Below the pieces are notes generated by a model, which was not told where the DNA came from, did not search any database, and saw only the letters and a program-made list of their open reading frames with translations. Below are positions 49,229 to 57,698 of a DNA stretch of 64,000 nucleotides, one piece after another. The DNA lies in contig OZ219816.1 of the NCBI GenBank assembly GCA_964291235.2, positions 192,001 through 256,000 of the forward strand. Reading direction: 5' to 3'. Every line of letters starts with the position of its first letter. Position 1 is the first letter of the stretch. Source of the stretch: Vicinamibacteria bacterium. Lineage in GTDB: Bacteria > Acidobacteriota > Vicinamibacteria > Marinacidobacterales > Marinacidobacteraceae. The position numbers were made by a program, and so were the translations under genes.

Positions 49229-50712
49229 GTAAGCGTTCGGTCGTGGGTGTATGTGGCGGTCCCTCCCTGCTTCGCTCGGCTGCGGCGCATCCCAAGAGCG
49301 AGGGCGACGCCATCGAACGCCAAGGCGATCTCGCCGTCCTGGTCGCCCACGATTCTTGTGTCGTCCTTGATCTGCGCTGTCGGGTAAGCGCTAGCGCAGT
49401 GCGGCGTTGTCGGCGCGCTCTTTCCACAGGAAACCACCGCTGCCCCGCCCTGACGAGGCCACCGAACCCCGGGCCAGGAACATCCGGCTCTGCCGGCGGG
49501 AGAGTGACACGGGCGTCTGATCCATACACCCACGACCGAACGCTTACGTTCCGGGTAGCACGCCAGATTCTCTTTGGAGCGAACTGGTCACCCTGAACCG
49601 TAGAATGGACTGAGTCGTCGAACCGAATCTGTCATGCGCGAAAAATCACGCCGTTTCCTCGTTGCTGCTGTCCGTCCCGTCGTCGTTCTCGTCACGCTGG
49701 TCGCCAGCGTAGTCACGGTCCTCAGCTACACCGGATCGCTACCACCCTGGGAGGAGGTTCGGAGCTACGAATGGGGGGCTGCGCTGGGGGCCCTGCTAGA
49801 CGCTCTGCTGTCCAACCCTTGGGTTGTCTACCCCGGAGCCCTGTCGCTGATTGGGTGGACAGGAATCGCCGCGGCAAAATGGTGGGAGACTTGGGCCCGT
49901 TGGTTCTTCGTTCCCCTCAAATGGGCTTCCGTGCGGTCCGTTTCCATTCACCGGGGAAGTGAGGGGCGGGAACAAGTGTTCGAGCCGGGCGACTACAAGA
50001 CCAAGTGGGTTCGACCTGGCAGGCTGGTTCGTCTGAAGGTCACCGGCGAAGCGGTGATACACGCCGTAGAAGTTCCATACTCGGAGCGGGTGGAGTTCAT
50101 ACGCGCCCCACCGGTTCCTCAAGCCGGGAGTTCGTGGTGGTATCAATGCAAATTGACCAAACAGGACGGTAGCGAGTGGATGCAATACACAACTGCCGTG
50201 GTCGAGCCCAACAGGAACCCAGAGCGCGGAAGTAGGATCGAGGATCGCTCAATCCTCTGCATCGTTGATCGAGACGTGGATGCGGCCCCTCAGTAATCGC
50301 CTTTGCTGCGGCGAACGCGCATAGACTCTTGCGCCACCCCGCTGTCGGTTCGTCATACCGGCATGACCGAACGGCTACACGGCGGTAAGCGTTCGGTCGT
50401 GGGGGTATGGACATGGATCTGGTCTCGCCGAACGTGCCATCGGCATTCGGAGAAACGGGTGCCGACTGACCAGCTCCTTCTACCGGCCGAGGGCGTTCTT
50501 GGTGTCACGGCGCGCCTCCTCCACCTCCCGGACAGCCGCAAACAGCGTTCACCACAACTCCTCGGACAGCGATCCCCGAGTTCCCGCCTCGGTGCGGATG
50601 GCTCCGCCGACTTCGACTCAGCCCCGCTCCGTTTCTTTGCTGCGCGGGTTCGCGCGCCAGCCACCCCGTTGGCTGTTGGCGGTCCGCTATACCCCCACGA
50701 CCGAACGCTTAC
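49229..50712. repeat. Four copies of GTAAGCGTTCGGTCGTGGG(T/G)GTAT in alternating orientation
   Basis: 49229-49253 (+), 49523-49547 (-), 50385-50409 (+), 50689-50712 (-). Confidence 0.92.
49634..50296 (+). CDS. Hypothetical membrane protein
   Basis: Two N-terminal hydrophobic segments; TAGAAT at 49601. Confidence 0.65.
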   Translation: MREKSRRFLVAAVRPVVVLVTLVASVVTVLSYTGSLPPWEEVRSYEWGAALGALLDALLSNPWVVYPGALSLIGWTGIAAAKWWETWARWFFVPLKWASVRSVSIHRGSEGREQVFEPGDYKTKWVRPGRLVRLKVTGEAVIHAVEVPYSERVEFIRAPPVPQAGSSWWYQCKLTKQDGSEWMQYTTAVVEPNRNPERGSRIEDRSILCIVDRDVDAAPQ

Positions 50713-50928
50713 ACACGGCTACCCGCGCATTCCCGAAGGTTCCCGGCGCGACCCGAAGTCGCCGACATGGTACGCAGTGTGATAGACGGATTTGATAAAG
50801 CGTTCAATAGACTGATAAATCAACGACTTACCACGAACCCACGGTGGACCTGCGGGCCGCGTGCCGGCTGGAAGCCGGCGTCCAAGCCCATGCGCCGTGC
50901 GTGGGAGCGGCTGTGCGCGACTCCTCCG

Positions 50929-52902
50929 TCAGTGGGAGACGCCCTTCAGTTCCTCCAGGTACCCGACCCCCGGCAGCTCGGTGTCCTTTCCCAGCAAATA
51001 GAAGTCGAAGAACGCCTTCATGTCGGCGAGCATTTCCATCCGGTTCTCGAAGCCTCGGACGTAGAAGTTCTCGCCCGCGTAGGCCTTGTAGCGGGCGGGC
51101 TTGTAGAGGCGCTGCAGTTCCCGGAAGAACTCGGTCATCTGCGGTGAGCCCGGATAACGCCCCTCGCCGTGGAGCACGAAGACGGGCGCCTGTGCGTCGG
51201 CGAGGTGGTAGTAGGGGGAGTTCGCGAGGTAGCGGTCCCGGTGCTCCGCGAGCCGCCCCATCTCCTTCCGCAGTTGCTGCAGGTGCCGGAATTCGCCGTC
51301 TTCAAAGAAGGTGACCCGGTCGCAGTAGCCGGACGCCGCGATCACCGCCTGGAAGGTCTCGCCGCCGAAGCTCACCGCCGCGCACGACATGAACCCGCCG
51401 TAGCTGGTTCCGGTGGTTCCGATGCGGTCCGGGTGAACGTACGGGAGGGTCCGGAGGTACTCGGCGGCCGCCACCGCGTCCGCGAAGTCGCACTTGCCCC
51501 AGCAGCCGTCGTTGGCCTCCTCGAACGCGCGGCCGTATCCGGAGCTGCCGCGCACGTTGGGCAGCAGCACCACGTAGCCGCGCTGCACGAAGAACTGGAT
51601 CGCCGGCTCGAAGCTGTCCTCCCATTGCGACGTGGGTCCGCCGTGGGTCCAGACGATCGCCGGATGGCGGCCGTCCTCGTCGCCCCACCCGGCGCCGGGC
51701 CGGTAGAGATAGGAGGGGATCTCGAGGCCGTCCCCGCTCGAGAACGCCACCTTCCCGGGCATGACCAGGCGGTTCTGGATCGCCTCCATCGGCATCGAAT
51801 CGGTCAGCCGGGACGACTTGCCCGATGCGAGGGCATGGACCACCAGATCCCCGGGGCGGGTCGGCGTCTCGAGGGTGTAGGAGATACGGCTGCCGTCCGG
51901 GGACCACTGAGGGGCGCCGATGATTCCGGACCCGGGGGCCGCGACGACGCGTGGCTCGCCGCCATCCGCCGGCGCGACTTTGAGTTCGTCAGTGCCCCCG
52001 TGGTTCTCGACGTACAAGAACCCTCCGCCGTCCGGGGACCAGGCGCCTTCCGTCTGGTCGGCCTCGGCCGCCATCAGCGGTGTGGGCTCTCCTCCCGACC
52101 GGGGCACGCTCCAGTAGTTGATCCACCCGGAGCGGTACGACGGAAAGACGACCGTGGAGCCGTCCGGGGAGACCAGGGGATAGCCGAACGTGCCCCCCTC
52201 GCCGTAGTCGAAAAAGTCCTCGTCGCGAACGATCACCCGCTCTTCCCCGCCGCCGGCCGGGACTTCCACGACCTCATGGTCCATCCAGGCGCCATCGAGC
52301 CTGACGAACAGGACGGAAGCGGAGTCGGGGCTCCAGGCGGGATAGACCTCCAGTGCGGGTCCGTCGGTCAGCCGGCGAGCTTCCCCGGACGGGACCTCCA
52401 CCGTCCACACGTCGTACTGCCCGTGACGGTTGCCGGAGAACGCGATCCGGCGCCCGTCGGGCGACCAGGAGTAACCCTTGATCAGCCGCCCGCCGTTTCC
52501 GGTGATGCGGAACGCTTCGCCTCCCTCGAGGGACCAGAGCCAGATCTCCGGCGTGCCGCTCCGGTCGGACACATAGGAAATCCACTGCCCGTCCGGCGAC
52601 CACTGGGGCTCGGCCGACGCCAGAAAGTGACCGCTGCCTCCCGTAGGGACCGGCAATTCGCGGATCGCGCCGCCTTCGGCAGGGATGAGCCGCAGGTTCG
52701 AGCCCCCCAGCAGGATCCGGTCGCCTTGCGGGGCCCAGCGCGGCGTCTCGCCACCCACGGGAGAGGTGAGCGACAGGAGCGTCTCCACGGGGAGCGGTTC
52801 GGCCGCGTTCGGGGGGTGCAGGTCCTGGCCGGCTGCGGCCGCGGCCAGGAACACCAGCAGGAGGCCCGGGGAAGTCAGGGAGCGCGCCGGTCGAAACTGC
52901 AT
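50929..52902 (-). CDS. S9 family peptidase with PD40/TolB-like propeller
   Basis: WSPDG repeats, HGGP, NVRGSSGYG, GTSYGG. Confidence 0.92.
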   Translation of the reverse strand: MQFRPARSLTSPGLLLVFLAAAAAGQDLHPPNAAEPLPVETLLSLTSPVGGETPRWAPQGDRILLGGSNLRLIPAEGGAIRELPVPTGGSGHFLASAEPQWSPDGQWISYVSDRSGTPEIWLWSLEGGEAFRITGNGGRLIKGYSWSPDGRRIAFSGNRHGQYDVWTVEVPSGEARRLTDGPALEVYPAWSPDSASVLFVRLDGAWMDHEVVEVPAGGGEERVIVRDEDFFDYGEGGTFGYPLVSPDGSTVVFPSYRSGWINYWSVPRSGGEPTPLMAAEADQTEGAWSPDGGGFLYVENHGGTDELKVAPADGGEPRVVAAPGSGIIGAPQWSPDGSRISYTLETPTRPGDLVVHALASGKSSRLTDSMPMEAIQNRLVMPGKVAFSSGDGLEIPSYLYRPGAGWGDEDGRHPAIVWTHGGPTSQWEDSFEPAIQFFVQRGYVVLLPNVRGSSGYGRAFEEANDGCWGKCDFADAVAAAEYLRTLPYVHPDRIGTTGTSYGGFMSCAAVSFGGETFQAVIAASGYCDRVTFFEDGEFRHLQQLRKEMGRLAEHRDRYLANSPYYHLADAQAPVFVLHGEGRYPGSPQMTEFFRELQRLYKPARYKAYAGENFYVRGFENRMEMLADMKAFFDFYLLGKDTELPGVGYLEELKGVSH

Positions 52903-53118
52903 GGGACGAACCTCCCGTGCGGGGCGGTGCCCGCGCCGTCCAGCGATTCTACGGGGAGAGACCGGCGTTCCGCTGTCGTGCCCCGTGAGACTGCCGGGGT
53001 TTCCGCCGAGAGAGAGACCATCCTGGCGCTGGAGGGCCCGGACCGCCGCCCCGCTTCGCGGGGCTGTGCCGGCCTGGAGGCCGGCGTTCCCAGCCCATGC
53101 GCCGTCGCGCCGGATGGG

Positions 53119-53631
53119 CTAACCCAGCGCTTCGCGGGCTTCGCGGTCGGCTTCGCGCTTCCGGATGGTCTCGCGGCGGTCGCGGGTGCTCTTCCCCTTG
53201 GCGAGCGCCACCTGGACCTTGATCCAGCCGTTCCGGAGGTGGATCCGCAGCGGCACCAGCGTCAGCCCCGCGGTGGTCAGCTTGCCGGCGATCCGCTGCA
53301 TCTCGTCCTCGTGGAGCAGGAGCTTCCGGTTCCGCTCCGGATTCCCCTGCTCCGGAGGAGCGTTCACGTAGGGCGCGATGTGGCAGTTCACGAGGAAGAT
53401 CTCGCCGTTCCGCTCGCGGCCGTAGGCGTCCTTCAGGTTCGCCCCGCCGGCGCGGCAGGACTTCACCTCGGCGCCGGTGAGCGCGACGCCCGCCTCGAAT
53501 TGCTCGAGGATCACGAAGTTCCGCCGGGCGCGGCGGTTCTCGGAGAGCACCTGCTCGTTCCGGGTACCGCCGAAGCGGGCGCCCGCGGCGCGGAGCCGAC
53601 GTTTCTTCCTTGCGGTCTTCTTTCGACTCAT
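53119..53631 (-). CDS. smpB: SsrA-binding protein
   Basis: NRRARRN, EAGVALTGAEVKS, RKLLLH, LAKGK..DRR. Confidence 0.95.
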   Translation of the reverse strand: MSRKKTARKKRRLRAAGARFGGTRNEQVLSENRRARRNFVILEQFEAGVALTGAEVKSCRAGGANLKDAYGRERNGEIFLVNCHIAPYVNAPPEQGNPERNRKLLLHEDEMQRIAGKLTTAGLTLVPLRIHLRNGWIKVQVALAKGKSTRDRRETIRKREADREAREALG

Positions 53632-53703
53632 GACCCGAGTCTAACGGGCGGTTGCTGAAAACAACACGGCAGCGGCGCGCAGGTTTACCATGCCAAAAAC
53701 ACG

Positions 53704-54933
53704 ATGCCCGAATTCCTCTGCCAGGTCGGCGAACCCGCCGGGGATCTGCGGCGGCTGCGCCTGACCGCCCGCGACGCCGACGCCGCCCGCCAGGAACTCC
53801 AGAGCCAGGGACTTCACGTTTTCGCGATCCGCCGTACCTCGCCCTTCGCGGCGTTCGGCCGTCTCTTCGAGGGAAGAACTCCCCTCCTGCGCCGCCGCCC
53901 GGTGCGGAGCCGCGAGGTGCTGCTGTTCAACCAGGAACTGGCGGCGCTGCTGCGCGCGGGGCTGCCGCTCGCGGAGTCGCTCTCCATCATGGTCGAGCGC
54001 ATGGAGAACCCGACCCTGCGGGACGCGGTGCAGGGCATCCTGGCCGAGGTCCGGTCCGGCGTCCCGATGAGCACCGCGGTGAGCCGGTATCCGTTCTTCC
54101 CCAGCGTGTATCCGGCCTGTCTGCAGGCGGGCGAAACCAGTGGCGACCTGGCCGGCATGCTCAGCCGGTTCACCGACGCCCTGCGGGTGGCCGTGAAGGT
54201 TCGCTCCAGCATGACCGCGGCCATGGTGTACCCCGCATTCCTGCTGACGGCGCTTCTCGGAACCGCCGCCTACCTCCTCCTCGGGGTGGTCCCGAGCTTC
54301 ATCCCCTTCTTCGCCGGCTTCGACCAGGAACTGCCCCCGCTGACCACCGCGCTCCTCGGCGCCGCCGAGTTCGTCCGCGCGCACCTCGCGGCGGTGACCG
54401 GCGGCCTGCTGGGCCTCGTGGTGTTCTTCGCCGCCTGGTCCCGCACTGCCCGGGCGAAACGCCTCCGCGACCGCTTCGTGCTCGGGCTCCCGGGCGCCGG
54501 CGAGGTGCTGCGGCTCTACGGGGTCTCCCAGTTCTCCCGGGCGCTCGGCACCCTCCTCGGTGGAGGCATGCCCCTCGTGAGCGCCATCCCGGTGGCGGCC
54601 GGCGCGGTGGGCAACCGGCACCTGCGCGGCGCGCTGGAGCCGACCGCGCACGAGGTGCGCGAGGGGCGCTCCTTCGTCGAGGCGCTGGCCGACACCCGGG
54701 AGATTCCGAGCTTCGCCCTCCAGATGGTCAAGGTGGGCGAGAGTTCGGGCGACCTCGCCCGGATGGTGTCGTCCGTCGCCGACTTCAACGACGAGGTGAT
54801 CGAGAACCGGGTGACGGTCCTCCTCAGCCTCCTCACCCCGGTCGTGCTCCTCATCCTCGGCGGTTTCGTCGCCCTGGTGCTCCTCGCGATCTACCTGCCG
54901 CTCTTCAGCCTCGCCTCGGTGCCCCAGTTCTGA
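53704..54933 (+). CDS. Type II secretion/T4P inner-membrane platform (GspF/PilC)
   Basis: FNQELAALLRAGLPL, AGETSGDL, MVYP, VGESSG, IYLPLF. Confidence 0.92.
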   Translation: MPEFLCQVGEPAGDLRRLRLTARDADAARQELQSQGLHVFAIRRTSPFAAFGRLFEGRTPLLRRRPVRSREVLLFNQELAALLRAGLPLAESLSIMVERMENPTLRDAVQGILAEVRSGVPMSTAVSRYPFFPSVYPACLQAGETSGDLAGMLSRFTDALRVAVKVRSSMTAAMVYPAFLLTALLGTAAYLLLGVVPSFIPFFAGFDQELPPLTTALLGAAEFVRAHLAAVTGGLLGLVVFFAAWSRTARAKRLRDRFVLGLPGAGEVLRLYGVSQFSRALGTLLGGGMPLVSAIPVAAGAVGNRHLRGALEPTAHEVREGRSFVEALADTREIPSFALQMVKVGESSGDLARMVSSVADFNDEVIENRVTVLLSLLTPVVLLILGGFVALVLLAIYLPLFSLASVPQF

Positions 54934-54934
54934 G

Positions 54935-55447
54935 ATGCGGGATCGGAAGCGCACCGGGCTCCCCCGGCCCCGGCCGGCCGGCCAGCGCGGCTTCACCCTC
55001 ATCGAGCTGGTGGTGGCCGCCGGCATCCTGGCGATCCTCGCAATGGGGATCGTCCCGGTCGCCAAGGTCGCCTCGGTGCGGGCCGACGAGATCGAACTCC
55101 GCCGCAACCTCCGCACCCTGCGGATGGCGATCGACGCCTACCACGCGGCCGCCGGGGCCGGGGAGATCGATCCCGACTTCATCGAGCCCGACCACGAGAA
55201 CTACCCGCCCGACCTCGAGGCCCTGGCGGACGGGGTCCCGGGCCCCCGGGGGCCGGACGGACGCTCCCCCATCCTGCGCTTCCTCCGCCGCCTGCCGGCC
55301 GACCCGATGACCGGGCGCCCCGACTGGCTGCTCCGTTCCTACCAGGACGATCCGGGGCGGCTCTCCTGGGGCGGCCAGAATGTGTACGACGTCCGCTCCG
55401 CCGCGCCCGGCATCGGCCTCGACGGAACCCCCTACCGGTCATGGTGA
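54935..55447 (+). CDS. Pseudopilin (GspG-like)
   Basis: GFTLIEL prepilin motif; YPPDL, RRLPADPM, DVRS. Confidence 0.88.
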   Translation: MRDRKRTGLPRPRPAGQRGFTLIELVVAAGILAILAMGIVPVAKVASVRADEIELRRNLRTLRMAIDAYHAAAGAGEIDPDFIEPDHENYPPDLEALADGVPGPRGPDGRSPILRFLRRLPADPMTGRPDWLLRSYQDDPGRLSWGGQNVYDVRSAAPGIGLDGTPYRSW

Positions 55448-55878
55448 AACGACCCTCCCGGGCCCTCCTCGCTGGCCGCCCCACGCGGCGGCACGAAGCG
55501 AGCGCCGGTTTCAGCTTCATCGAGATGGTGCTGGTGCTGCTGGTCCTCGGGATCCTGTTCGCCATCGCCGTGCCCCGCTACCAGGCGCAGATCCTCAAGG
55601 CCAAGGAGGCCGTCCTCGAGCACAACCTCGCCACCGTGCGCGAGCGGCTCGATCAGTACCGGGCCGACCACGACGAGTTTCCCGCCAACCTCGCGGACCT
55701 CGTGGTCTCCGGCTATCTCCGGGAGATTCCCGAAGACCCGATGACCCAGTCCATCCTCTGGGAGGAGGTTCGGGACGGCTACGACCCCATGTTCCCGAAC
55801 GCCGCGGTCGGAGTTTCCGACGTGCGCAGCCGCTCGGAGGAGGTGGGCACCGACGGACGTCCCTATCGTGAGTGGTGA
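55441..55878 (+). CDS. Pseudopilin (GspG-like)
   Basis: GFSFIEM, KEAVL..NL, GYLREIP.DP. Confidence 0.88.
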   Translation: MVKRPSRALLAGRPTRRHEASAGFSFIEMVLVLLVLGILFAIAVPRYQAQILKAKEAVLEHNLATVRERLDQYRADHDEFPANLADLVVSGYLREIPEDPMTQSILWEEVRDGYDPMFPNAAVGVSDVRSRSEEVGTDGRPYREW

Positions 55879-56476
55879 ACGCGGGCGCAGCCGGAATTCG
55901 TCGGGCTACGTGCTCTTCGGAGTGCTGGTGGGCGTCACCCTGATGGGAATCGGACTGACCGCCGCGGTGACCCTCTGGAGCCGGGTCGTCCAGCGCGACC
56001 GGGAAGCGGAACTGATCTTCCGGGGCGAGGCGGTGGTGCGCGCCCTCGAACGCTTCCAGCAGGACCGGCCAGGGACGCTTCCCGAGACGCTCGACGAACT
56101 TGTCGAGGGGAAGTACCTCCGGCGCGCCTGGCTCGACCCGATGACCGGCCGCAGCTTCCGGATCCTGCGCGCGGAGGACCGGCTCGGAGCCGCCGCTTCC
56201 GCGGCGGACACCGCCCGGGCGGGTCGGAAGCCCACGAACCCGGCGGGAGAAGAAGCGCGCCCGCGGGCCGGAGAAATCTCGGCGGGCGAAGCCGCCGGGA
56301 CCAGCGAAGCGACGACCGGGATCACCGGGGTGGTCAGCACCAGCGACCTGCTCAGCTTCCGCACCTACCAGGACGCGCGACGCTACCGCGACTGGGTGTT
56401 CGAGGCGCAGATCGGCGGCGCCGCAGGGGCCGAATCAGAGAACCGGCGGTCCGCCGGCGAACGGGAAGAACGCTAA
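55868..56476 (+). CDS. Minor pseudopilin-like T2SS protein
   Basis: GYVL + hydrophobic helix; REAELIFRG, YLRR...DPMT. Confidence 0.78.
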   Translation: MSGERGRSRNSSGYVLFGVLVGVTLMGIGLTAAVTLWSRVVQRDREAELIFRGEAVVRALERFQQDRPGTLPETLDELVEGKYLRRAWLDPMTGRSFRILRAEDRLGAAASAADTARAGRKPTNPAGEEARPRAGEISAGEAAGTSEATTGITGVVSTSDLLSFRTYQDARRYRDWVFEAQIGGAAGAESENRRSAGEREER

Positions 56477-56555
56477 GCGGACTGGCTGGCTCGACGGGGG
56501 TCCAGCGTTCGGGGCGCACTCCTATACTCCAGAACGTGACGGGCAACGCGCGACG

Positions 56556-56933
56556 ATGAGCGGCGGAGAAGTAGCGCAACTCCAAGGCGCTGGGGAGCGT
56601 TCCGGCGATCCGCTCACGCGCGCCGACCGGATCATGGTCACCATGCTCGCGGCCCTGCTCGGCGGCACGATCGTCGGGTTCGTGGCGATCGGCGGTCAAC
56701 TCGTGGGGCTCCAGCGCCAGATCGGCGATCTGCGCGCGGAGATGCACCGGGAGATCGGCGAGGTCGCTGACCGGATTACCCGTGTCGAAACCCGGCTCAC
56801 CGGTGTCGAAACCCGGCTCACCGGTGTCGAAACCCGGCTCACCGGTGTCGAAACCCGGCTCACCCGCGTCGAAACGCAGATCGAGACTCGCCTCGTCCCG
56901 GCGTCTGACTCCGGCGACCCGGCCGGCCCCTGA
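56556..56933 (+). CDS. N-terminally anchored coiled-coil protein with 21-bp tandem repeat (VETRLTG)
   Basis: TM then about 4.5 near-perfect 21-bp units at 56781-56877. Confidence 0.7.
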   Translation: MSGGEVAQLQGAGERSGDPLTRADRIMVTMLAALLGGTIVGFVAIGGQLVGLQRQIGDLRAEMHREIGEVADRITRVETRLTGVETRLTGVETRLTGVETRLTRVETQIETRLVPASDSGDPAGP

Positions 56934-56990
56934 CCGCGACCCCCGAATGCGCCAGCACTGCCGCGCCGGCCGTTAGCAGGGCGTCTCGGC

Positions 56991-57584
56991 CTAACCGCGC
57001 CGCGCGAACGCCTCGAGCGCCGCCTCGGGACAGGTACTCCGCTCGACGTATTCGAGGAGGTTCCGCGCCAGCTTGCGGGTCCGTTTCTCGACCGCCTCGT
57101 CGAGACAGCGTCCTTCCGCGTCGAAGACTTTGTGGACTCCCGCGACCGACACCGGACCGGGAAGGACGATCACTCCCACGTGGGACAGCACGCTCCGCAG
57201 ATGCTCCAGGGCCTTGATGGCCCCGATGGTGCCCGAAGCCGCGCCGATCAACGCGGCCGGCTTGCCCGCCAGCAGCGACGGGAACCCGAGGTTCTCGATC
57301 ACGAGCTTCATCGCCGCAGCGTAGCTGCCGTGGTATTCGGGGGTGGCGAACAGCACGCCGTCGGCGTCCCGGACGGCGGCCTGCAGGCGGTCCCGGCCGG
57401 GGAACTCGCCTGAGGCGCCCGGGAACGGCAGGCCCAGCTCCGCCGGGTCCAGCCAGGTCACCCGGACGTGGGGGCGCTGCTCCAGCTCATTCACCGCGAG
57501 GGCGAGCGCCTTCGAGGTGAGGTTTCCGGGACGGGTGGTTCCCAGGACGGCCGCGATGCGAATTTCCCTGCCTGCTTCGTTCAT
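56991..57584 (-). CDS. NADPH-dependent FMN reductase
   Basis: GTTRPG, ATPEYHGS, GKP..L...S.G..G. Confidence 0.9.
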   Translation of the reverse strand: MNEAGREIRIAAVLGTTRPGNLTSKALALAVNELEQRPHVRVTWLDPAELGLPFPGASGEFPGRDRLQAAVRDADGVLFATPEYHGSYAAAMKLVIENLGFPSLLAGKPAALIGAASGTIGAIKALEHLRSVLSHVGVIVLPGPVSVAGVHKVFDAEGRCLDEAVEKRTRKLARNLLEYVERSTCPEAALEAFARRG

Positions 57585-57698
57585 GGTGGGGTATTACCCG
57601 GTCCACTCGAACCATGTTCCTTTTTCCCTGGAAAGCTCGCCCACCGGAGGCGGGCGGCGCCGGCCTGGAGGCCGGCCCGGTCTCGCGGTGGGCGTTCC

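Larger units (their letters stand above)
38569..50928. mobile_element. Integrative mobilisable genomic island in the S9 peptidase 3' end
   Basis: Flanked by duplicated gene end; contains integrase, oriT/mob and RM genes; visibly lower GC in cargo. Confidence 0.85.

Noticed and set aside
52903-53700. tmRNA (ssrA) next to smpB as the island target
   Set aside because: No GGGG..5' end, T-arm/CCA or tag reading frame recognised; the intergenic DNA is REP-like
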